A stretch of 64,000 nt of DNA from Octopus sinensis (taxonomy: Eukaryota), in assembly GCF_006345805.1 (NCBI RefSeq), contig NC_042997.1, positions 6,014,001-6,078,000 of the forward strand. Reading direction: 5' to 3'. Below the pieces are notes generated by a model. That model was given only the letters and a program-made list of their open reading frames with translations. It did not search any database and was not told where the DNA came from. A program made the translations under genes and the position numbers. Shown here in pieces: positions 54,389 to 64,000 of the stretch (position 1 is the stretch's first letter; each line of letters starts with the position of its first letter).

Positions 54389-55387
54389 GTTTGTGTTTAC
54401 AGTGGTGGGATGGAAAGAATGTTTTGAAAGTGTGGTCCCTCTTTCAGAGATGGAAGTTTACATGTAGGATGTCAGTTGGTACTAAATAGAGTATAGCGCT
54501 AGTTGGTGATGAAATTACCATGTTGTTCGCGGTCGTTATTTTTTCGATCAACAAGTCTCTGAATCATTGGGTGCAGTGGTTATGGTCAGTCCTGCAATGT
54601 AACTGGCCAGCTAATTTCTTTTTCTTTTTTTTTTTTGAAAACTAACGTGGTTCCACTTTGTTGATGGTGAACCGGTAACACAAAAATCTAATCAGATAAA
54701 TAAGTAAATAAATAAATTAATTAAAAATAAATGAATATAAAAGCATTGACGACTATGAGCAAGTAGGAGGGTCAAAATAACATTCAAACTCGATTAAATT
54801 GAATTAAATTAAATTTAGATTTGGTCAAGTAAATAAATAAATATATATATTTATATAAATAAATATATATTTAAATGTTTTTGATTTTATTTTTTACGTT
54901 TGCAATAATTTATTTTACCTTATGCTGTGCCTCAAGATCATATCGCCTTAGTCATATTGATTTAGTCATCGTACTCACTCACTTATATATTTATTTATCT
55001 ACTTGTCTAAATTTTAATTTAATTTAATTCGATTTAATCTAGTTTGAATGTTATTTCGCTCTCCTACATGTCCGTTGTGGCCACGGTTTTTTAATCCATT
55101 TATTTTCTAATTAATTAAATTTTTCATTTATCTGAATATGCTTTTTTTCTGTTATCTTTTAACAATCAACGAATCGGAACCGCGTCATAGTTTTCAAAAT
55201 ATAGCTGACCAATTAGGTTGCAGGACTGATCATAACCACTGCACTCGATGATTCAGGGACTTGTCGATCGAAAAAATAAGGAACACGAACATCGGACTTT
55301 GGTCAACACCTGGTGCCATACTCTCTTTAGTACCAACCTTCCACCTCTGAAACGGACCATACGTTCAACCCGCCACTTTAAACAAAC
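54389..55387. repeat. ~1 kb imperfect inverted repeat (arms about 54389-54848 and 54985-55387), probably a PLE pLTR inversion
   Basis: For example ttttcgatcaacaagtctctgaatcattgggtgcagtggttatggtcagtcctgcaa versus the reverse complement of ttgcaggactgatcataaccactgcactcgatgattcagggacttgtcgatcgaaaa; about 75-90% identity. The right arm runs on into an HHR at 55.68 kb. Confidence 0.88.
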
Positions 55388-55673
55388 AAAGTATATTTAT
55401 GTGTAAACAAAAATAAGAACCACTGCCTAAATTTGCCCTTCCTAAAACAACTCATCCTTAGAACGAATATACCCACTTATCCACCACTGGACAAAATAAC
55501 ATGAATCGTGGAAGGCAACACTTGAAGTTTATGATTTATTTCTCTTTCCTATACCTAATCCATTTTACTAGATTTTACTCTTCCCACACTCCAAGTCATG
55601 CTCCTATTCTTCTTATACCCTCTTCAATAAGAAAAAAGATACTGTATGTATCGGTCCTTCTAACCATTTAGAC

Positions 55674-55796
55674 CCTCTGATGAAGCCTAGGAGCATACTT
55701 AACATCCAGATTTTATCTACCCATCACTACAGAGCACTGAAGAGACGGAGCTAGCATGGACTATATCGTGGCCTCTTGGCAGAAACGGCCCTAAAG
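55674..55796 (+). ncRNA. Degenerate long-helix-II hammerhead
   Basis: CTGATGA(55677)-A-GCC...CTCTT-GGC-A-GAAAC-GGCC-CTA (G16.2 mutated to C); 98-nt helix II region. Confidence 0.55.
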
Positions 55797-55870
55797 AACT
55801 AAACTTTTAATCTTTTACTCTTTCTTGTCTTACTAGTGAATATTTGAGGAGCACACACTCTTTGACTGTG

Positions 55871-55940
<70 letters not shown>

Positions 55941-56401
55941 TTGTTTTGGGGTAAATAGATATGATAGAATGTCTACCGACTGATGAATGTAATTTTTATA
56001 TCCCTCCCGTTTTCTTTTTTACGAATATATATATTGTGTAAACAGAGTTTGCGATTATAATAACCGATTGAAGTATAGAATATCCAAATATACTACCGCT
56101 ATCCGTTACCCGTGTTATCATCGTGCATTGGTGTGCAGGCACACTATGCATGTAGAGTGCAGGTAACAACAGGATAAACAAGACGTTTTCAGGAAAAAAG
56201 AATATTCGTATATACATATAGAGAGAATATAAGGATAAATATCACGTTAATGATTATCAGGTATTCAGTATGCTATAACATTTATAGGCAATTTATACAT
56301 TATATAATAATATACATACATACATAGATATATATATATATATATTATATATATATATATTTAAAAAAGGAGATATGGAATACGAGTTATGATATATAAA
56401 A

Positions 56402-56723
56402 AAAGGAAATGAAGAAAATGCTGACAAAATAATTTAAGTAAGGGAGAGCGTATTTAATTAGGTGAAAGTTCTATTTACCGGTTGCGCATTTGTTATGCTT
56501 ATCAAAATATATTTTTGTAAGAGAGATATAGTTCCTTTCTGATAGATTTTTTTTCTCTTATCTGATAAGAGAAAAAAATCTATCAGAAATGAACTCTAGC
56601 TCTCTTAAAAAAATATATTTTGATAAGCATAACAAATGCGCAACTGGTAAAAATAACTTTCACCTAATTAAATACACTCTCCCTTACTTAAATTATTTTG
56701 TCAGCATTTTCTTCATTTCCTTT
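56402..56723. repeat. ~320-bp spacerless palindrome (centre base 56563)
   Basis: aaaggaaatgaagaaaatgctgacaaaat...ctcttatc-T-gataagag...attttgtcagcattttcttcatttccttt; about 94% arm identity. Confidence 0.95.
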
Positions 56724-56749
56724 ATATATATATATATACACATAATTTT

Positions 56750-56838
56750 ATTAAGTGCGCAAGGGAGAAAGTGACTATATACATATGCATATTATTATTG
56801 ATTATATATATATATATTATATATATATATATATATAT

Positions 56839-56878
<40 letters not shown>

Positions 56879-56940
56879 TATTATATTAAGTGCGCAAGGG
56901 AGAAAGTGACTATATACATATGTATATTATTATTACTTAT
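56750..56940 (+). repeat. Short tandem duplication (period 135 bp) spanning a TA tract
   Basis: attaagtgcgcaagggagaaagtgactatatacatatg occurs at 56750 and 56885. Confidence 0.92.
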
Positions 56941-57391
56941 ATATATATATATTACAAAATATAAAGATATATATTGAGTGACAACAACGCTCAAGATATA
57001 CAACGGACTGGAAATAGAAGTGCTCCAATGAGCTGTATACACTTTTTTATCCAAGGGAGGCAATGCGAGCGACAACCACAGGAACATCACAAAATTCAAA
57101 GATAGTGCAAACACAAACGAATCCTATATACTAATTTATATCTAAACAGTCCGACATTTAAAAAAATTAAAATATTCAGTGATATATAAGTATTATATAC
57201 AAATAAAAATATAAATATAAAACATAAATATTAATATAAATTTTGCATATAACACGCTTACATCTGTTAGAATAAGAGAAATAAATATAATGATAATAAA
57301 ATAAAAATATGGCATATCAAAAGACGAATAAAATTCCGTCGAATAATACATAGAATACAGTACATATACAAGCTTACAAAAATATAAGATT

Positions 57392-57484
57392 CATCTACGG
57401 GCCGCTTCGGGGATGTGCCATTTAATATTAGACATATCAGTAATTAAAATAGTACTTAAAATTGGCCCTCCCCTCATCAGGATG
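57392..57484 (-). ncRNA. Degenerate long-helix-II hammerhead
   Basis: Minus strand CATC-CTGATGA-GGGGA...(65 nt)...TCCCC-GAAG-C-GGCC-C-GTA-GATG: 4-bp helix I, 5-bp closing helix II, core GAAA mutated to GAAG. Confidence 0.62.
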
Positions 57485-57876
57485 TCCTATACAACACATA
57501 TAAAATATGAACAAATACACAAACACATACTGGCCATTCTCAGAACACGGCATTTACGTACTCCCAGAAATGTTTTCTTCGATACTGAATGGAACTTTAT
57601 ACGCATACAATTCGATCCAGCTGCCATAGTAAATTGTATGCACACAGCGCCATCTGGACCATTTCACTTCAGCACTAAATTCATTTTATTTTATTTTGTT
57701 TCAATTTTATTAATTCTCCCATACATGCAAAGCCACATATTCAGGACCGAGTCCTCGACTAAAAGCTATGTTTTTAATTATTACATTACTTTAGTTTTAT
57801 CTCGTTTACCACTCATTATACTTACTAAACTTAATTCACTTGTTATTGCTTAGATCTAACGTTTATTGCTATTTCT

Positions 57877-57984
57877 ATTAGAGAATTTCTTAAGGACTTT
57901 TATAACTTGAGCATGGTTTTTGAGAATAATCCTAAAATTGCAAATTTCTTGGATGTCACTCTCGTTCTGAATACTAACTTACAC
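57877..57984 (+). pseudogene. PLE reverse transcriptase fragment
   Basis: IREFLKDFYNLSMVFENNPKIANFLDVTLVLNT (NFLDVTL motif typical of PLE RT). Confidence 0.65.
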
Positions 57985-58159
57985 TTAAATTTTTTAAAAT
58001 GTCGGACTGTTTAGATATAAATTAGTATATAAGATTCGTATGTGTTTGGTCTATCTTTGCATTTTGTGATGTTCCTGTGGTTGTTGTTCGCATTGCCTCC
58101 TCTTGGATAAAAATGTGTATGTATATATATATTTATATATATATGTAATAATATATTAT

Positions 58160-58360
58160 TTTATTCCTTTATTCTTTTACTTGTTACAGACATTTAACTG
58201 TGGTAATACTGGAGCAACCTACTTTCGAGCAAATAGACTACATGGGTGGAACTGGCAAAAGGAATCTTAGGCTTACAAAGAATAAGTCCTGAGTTCGATG
58301 TCCTCCAATATGCCCACAGTTAGATTACTGACACATGTAAAAGAATAAGAGAATAAAATC
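58160..58360. repeat. Short inverted pair of SINE 3' ends
   Basis: tattcttttacttgttacagacatttaactgtgg..tactggag versus the reverse complement of ctccaatatgcccacagttagattactgacacatgtaaaagaata; about 75% identity. Confidence 0.6.
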
Positions 58361-59849
58361 AAATATATATATATATGTATATATGTGTGTTTATATATAC
58401 TTACATACACACACACACACTCACACACATATACACAGATAGATATATGCAATAAAATATAGTGTAATATAATACATATTGCATCATCTATTGCCAAAAT
58501 AGCTATTTATTTATTTATTTTCTTTATTCAAGTTAATCTGAAATTTATCTGTGAGTGCAGATGTTCTTCGAGCAGAAGTTATGATCGAAATATGATGGGA
58601 TTTGCACATCTATATAGTTTCCTTTGCATAAGGTCTGTGGATGTAGAAGAAGATATGATGAAGAGAGCAACAAAATAAGACGACAATAAAATAATGAGGT
58701 AGAAGTAACGAGATTAAAAACTCGAAGAAATGGCCGAATAAAAGCAAAAACGAGTTAAGAGAAGAAAACAGAAAAAGATGGGAAGGGAATAAGAGGGAAT
58801 AGAGAAAATGAAGTGAGTGCATTGATAAGAAAACCTGAAGTATGTTGGACTAGCGAAAAAAGTTCAAAAGAGGAATGGAAATATCCAATAAAAAATAGAT
58901 GATGAACTTTTAAATAGTTGATTTTATGCGTTGAAATATTTAATAATTTTGTTTATGCACGCACATACACGCAATCACACACACACACACAACTACAACA
59001 AATACGTATGCACAGGAGCACAGACGTTCACTCATACCTTTCTTTTATTCTCACCATTCCTTTCACTTGTAAGTAAACATATATTTACATACACACAGGC
59101 AAAACACTTGTGCTGAGGCAGACTCAAGGCAGATCTTGAAGAGAGGTGGCATGACAATAATGAGGTTGTGATGGTGACGAAAGGATTTTGACAAGCAAAC
59201 AACCGACTGATTATTTAACCAACACATTAAAGAAGCGATCGGTTAGTGAATTGGTTTGGAAATTTAACCTCAACGTGGGAAGACAATGCAAATTTGGTTG
59301 GCCGAGAGGGCAAGGATGCTAAACCATTCGCTATACTTCGATGATTTTTTATATTCAAATTGTGAAGTGTTAATTGATGCCCACATGTTGGAGATATGGA
59401 ATTCCTACTTTGCTGCATAGCGAACGGAAAACTTATGTAAACTAACTCCTGTTTTCGGACACAACTGGAACTGGTCCAAAGGAGGTAGCTGCAATTGGCC
59501 CAGAAGGGGTTTCGCTTCAAAAAATTTCGTTTCAGTACTTTTTTTTATTTAGAAGCCAGGCTCACCAAGATTGCATTTTTACCACCATTGATAAAGAGGA
59601 TATGTTCCTCCAGCCAGCAGGTCTTATGAATTGCCGATATTGCTATGAGCATGATAAGCGTTAAAAGAATGGTAATTTTCTGAGAGGCCATAACCAACGA
59701 CTACATTGAATATAAGTATATATGTAAGTATATGTGTATGTCCGTGTGTATGTACAGACACACACACACGCACACACAAACACAGTATTTTCTTCTGTTA
59801 TACGTTTCAACTCGAAGGCTGTAGGTATCCTGGAGCACCGCCAGTTTAA

Positions 59850-60590
59850 TCACCATATCATTGGCCAATCTTACGTGATTGGTTGTTGGTGGAGGAGAGA
59901 GTTGGATATTGCTCCCCTCTTGACTTTCCTGCCTTGACATAGGTTCATCTGGGACCTTGCATAACAGGAGGTCTACACCTACTCCATAAAAACTCCTCAG
60001 ATATTTTGGCAAGGCGTCAAATTACTGTTGACCCTTGAATCCCAAGCTCTTGCAGTACATGACCCTTACTCAAGATGGGACAAGTGGTATCTTTGGAACA
60101 GTTCAGTCGCATCAAAGTTTGGTATTAGCTTCTCCTGGATCTTCCATACGTATTTCACCGCATACCTTTCCAAACTTAGATCCAGACTTTCGAGTCGTAG
60201 TTACTTCGGTTTCTCCCAATAGCTCAGCTGGTCCATCGTTACAATCTTCCTAGTGTAGCACCGCCGAACTGCCTCAAGTTCCTCTATTAATTTGACACTG
60301 TAGTGTGAGCACATTCGAGAACAGTAGTCCATGCGGTTGAGTATAAATGTCGTTCAAAACCCAGCACAGTTTCCTGGTCTCTTGTTCAGAAGATTCTCAA
60401 AATCCTTCCGGCCATTCGCCTGCACATTGCCACAATCTTGGTGATATGTATGTGAAATAAGGCATTGTTGCTCTCATCAATCCTCAGATCTCGGGAAATC
60501 TTGGAATGCCACTTCTTTTGCTTCCAAGTACCGTTATTGCGGCTTTTGAGCACTAATTATCTGGTAGTGGAGCGCTTGAAATTCATCCGC
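59850..60590 (-). mobile_element. CR1-group LINE RT C-terminus and 3' end (same family as 24529-25000)
   Basis: Minus strand KIVAMCRRMAGRILR...MDYCS...VKLIEELEAVRRCYTRKI..MDQLSYWE...ERYAVKYVWKI.EKLIPN...DLLLCKVPDEP.SRQE. Confidence 0.85.
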
Positions 60591-62574
60591 CTCCAATTAC
60601 ATGTGGTTATCTTCAGTACATTTATATATGGTATCTAGGTCTTTCTCTAGAAGCATAGCATCAGGAAGTTATATATATTTACCCGCATATGCATTTGTAC
60701 GTGTGATTGTGAGTGCAGGTGTAATTCTGGTATGTCTATATTTTACGTTTAGAAATACTGTGCATCACTTCTTTTACAATATACATAGGCACACATCTTA
60801 CACACACATTTTATAAGTTAGTGGCCAAATGTTGAAAAAGACAATCACTGTGGAAACAGAAAGCAAAACGGAAAAAGAATTGTGAATAAATTTCGTGTGA
60901 AATAGACGAAGGATACAAGAGAATCTTTAGCATAATATTATTCTGTGCCAATATGAAAAACACTAAAGGTTCCAACATTACTTCTTACATTTGAGAATTA
61001 GAGATTAAAAGATGTGAAAATATATTAGATGAGAAGGGAACAGTTAACAAAATAAGATAGTGGATGAAATATAGACGGGAGGACAGAGAAATGAAGAGAA
61101 AAAGAGGGAAAGAGAAAGGGAGGAAAGTGAGAGGGAGAGAGAGAATCTGACCCAAATCAGAGATGGGTCAGAGAATTGCACAAAGATAACACTATAAAAC
61201 AATGAATATGTACAAAAAGTATTGCCCGCGTTATTTAGCAAATAGGGCGAAAAGTAAGGCACAGGACACCGAAAATGTAAAAGACCCGCAAAAAAAAAAG
61301 AGCCATATTGAATGGGAATGAAAAGAAGGGCTATCGTATTAAGCTGTGGATTAGGAGGTGATAGCAATTACAGAAACTTCGGAAATATGTGTGTAGTAAG
61401 ACATGATTTCCTTCATAAATACACATATATATAAATGTACATGTACACGTACACACACACTCACTCACACAAACACACAAACACGTATGCATGCAAAAAT
61501 GTGTATGCATGCGTTTATGTGTGAGCATGTATATGTACATATATGCGTGTAAATACAGCTACACACACACACACACACATACACACTCACGCACTCACAC
61601 ACAGTGAGCGTGACAGAGGAGAAAGAGTATAGAATTTGAGAAAGAGAAATAGAGAGATGGAGTGAGCAAGAAGTGCGTGCTTCTGTACATTGTAGTACAA
61701 TACTCGAATGTATTGTTCCAAGCAAAGAAGCTTAACATATATCTAAAATTATATGTTATGATAGGATACGATAACTTAATTATGAATTAACTAATATTTT
61801 CCATATTAATATATTCTTCCTTTTCCTCTTCTTATTTTACTGTCCAACTTATTGTCTATAGACTTAAATAATCTTATTTAACAATGCTTGCCATCCAATG
61901 TCACCCTGCCAATTCCTACTTTAGCATTGATCTATTTATTTTGTATTATTCTGTCTTACGTTTCGTCAAATTAATCTTACATCAGACTTGCTTATTCGCT
62001 TGATAAGTATATTTGTTCAAATACTCATAAAGGCATCCGTACACATATATACACTTCTATATGTAGGCTAGTATTATATCCATTTCCCATGGAAAGAGGA
62101 AAAATCATGATTATTCAGTCAGGATTTTTCTTGTAAAAGTCTAGCTATATCTTGAGGGAATTAGTAGTATTATAGAAACTAAATTAATGAAATATAATAT
62201 CCGTATGATGATTATGCTGTTTTAGATAATCTTTTTCAACATAGAATAAAACAAATGCTAAAAACATACTGAACGGCAAATTTACTTATTACGATGTAAG
62301 TTAATCACAATTCATGAAAATTATATAGCTATAATTTTGAAAACCAGGCTGTTTCTCTCCCCTAATATTTATCTATGGCAGTGATAACAACAAGCGTCTG
62401 ATTACATTGCCCAGTATTACTGTGCTGCTCTAGAAATGTCAATTTCAATTCAACATTGATAAAGAAGCATGCGCGCTCACGCACACACCCATGTATATGT
62501 ATATCTATTTATCTAGATACATATCTACATATACACACACACATATGTGAGTGCATGTTTATATGGTAAGAAAT

Positions 62575-62655
62575 TTTCTTCCCACCGGTGTGATTCCTGA
62601 TTCGGTCTCAATGTGTGGATTTGCTAGATGGAAACCGTAAGAATCCGGTAGTATA
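62575..62655 (+). mobile_element. Short OR-type SINE head fragment
   Basis: ttccca.....g.ttcc.g.ttc.gtc.ca.tg.gtgg, then tagatggaaac.g.aagaa.cc.gt.gtata. Confidence 0.45.
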
Positions 62656-64000
62656 CATGTGTATTTCTGTATTGTAATAAACACTGCCATGTTGTTTTTT
62701 GACCAGTGTTTCTGAATACACTTGTCATTATTCGCACTTCATTTAACAAAGGAAAGACATAAAGCAGTTACTGTAAAATCAGTAGTTCATAGTCTGAACA
62801 CAAGAAAATTCTTCGCACTATACGTCATCAACCAGCGATGCTAACATTTTCAATATAAATGTTTACTTTATCTATCTATCTGTCAATCCATCTACCTACC
62901 AATTTATCTTAATATTTATGGACATGTATGCGCATGGCTATATGTTCGTATGTATGCATGTGCATAAGTATGTTTTTGTTTAGCTGGTCTGTCTAAGAAG
63001 ACGGAGTGTTCGGCTTATCACTCTTCAAAAATGAGAAAAAAACATGCAAATGTCGATGGCTACAAATGGTTTACTTAAATCCAGACACAGTTGTTTGCCT
63101 TGTGATTTGTAATTCCGCGTAACGTGACCTTCCAGATGATTCATGTTGAGTGTTGTTGTAGAAGAAAATACTGTCGATTAATGTAGTCTAAGTCTGTCAA
63201 ATTTGAAGCATTATGTGTTTTCAGAGCGAGAGAGATCTGGTATTAAGTAATGGGAAAACAGTGTGGGAGGATACGTCGAGTTTGAAAGCGTTAAAGTCTG
63301 CAATAAAATCAACACATTTTTTTCGTAAATATATACTATACGCCCACATTTATACGTGGGAGAAAAGATATTGAACTAAACAAAATATATTCTCGTTTGT
63401 ATATAAACACATATATTTTATATGGGTTTATGTGGCAAGTTATAGGATTTGAGATCGTGCGTTGAAACTCAGTCAATTTCAGTGTTGAAGACACATAGTG
63501 GGCATTCAAAAGTTCACAAATAATTTTAACTGCAAATAATACATGTTTAAGTAAATTTAACACTTTGTATGTTTTTCAATGGTTCACATATGCATTTTTG
63601 CTGTAATCGTATACGTGTGTGTAATATGTACGAACGCACATACACGTACATACATTGTGTATCAATATAAATATATATACATGTGTCCGTGTCCGTGTGT
63701 GTGCGTATGGGTCTGTGTGTATGTGTGTAGTGTTGTGTGTGTGTGCGTGTGAATGTGTGTGCGTGTAGTGATGTACAGATATTGTATATCAAGAAGAATT
63801 TTCGATAATCATTTAGCGATTTCAGCAGAACTCCAGATCTGATTGAACAGACGAAAGCTCTTTCATATACATACAGGCATGCACACATACATACACACAT
63901 ACATACATACATACATACATGTGTGTGTGTGTTTAGTATCAAAGTATGTATATACATGTTTGCGTGTGTTGTGCTTGTGTTGCTTGCCTGTGTGTGTGTG

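Larger units (their letters stand above)
57037..58120. mobile_element. PLE remnant bounded by ~135-bp inverted arms (57037-57170 and 57985-58120)
   Basis: Arms are about 88% reverse-complementary. The interior holds an HHR on the minus strand and a PLE RT fragment on the plus strand. Confidence 0.8.

Noticed and set aside
56555-56630. HHR-like reading at the palindrome centre (ctgataa-gag...ctc...aaaatatatttt-gataag)
   Set aside because: No GAAA core, and the CTGATAA is explained by the fold-back symmetry itself.
57413-57853. 146-aa plus-strand ORF
   Set aside because: It lies antisense to an HHR-bearing pLTR, has no recognisable domain and has AT-rich non-coding composition.
62983-63080. 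Possible terminal exon after gtttttgtttag (GLSKKTECSAYHSSKMRKKHANVDGYKWFT*)
   Set aside because: Only an acceptor-like site and 30 codons; expected by chance, no homology.

Overview
AT-rich, microsatellite-dense eukaryotic non-coding DNA. The tRNA-derived SINE families match those I recognise from Octopus/cephalopod genomes (inference). No host protein-coding gene can be supported: the supplied ORFs are microsatellite translations, antisense frames or decayed transposon fragments. The window holds fossils of Penelope-like elements (PLE; RT and GIY-YIG fragments), R4/Dong-type RLE LINEs, CR1-group LINEs, a LINE ORF1 (RRM-like region plus CCHC), Tc1/mariner fragments, a Helitron 3' end and about a dozen SINE copies. 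The main signal outside the ORF track is a set of at least 13 type I hammerhead ribozyme (HHR) motifs at 9 loci: 6 have an intact catalytic core and 7 are degenerate. Most sit in head-to-head inverted repeats or palindromes (including a near-perfect 1.5 kb palindrome) or in a 557-bp HHR-bearing tandem array that resembles a retrozyme. Several have unusually long helix II or a non-canonical A.A or U.U pair at the base of helix II. All alignments were done by eye, so identities are approximate and boundaries of degenerate elements are +/- tens of bp.
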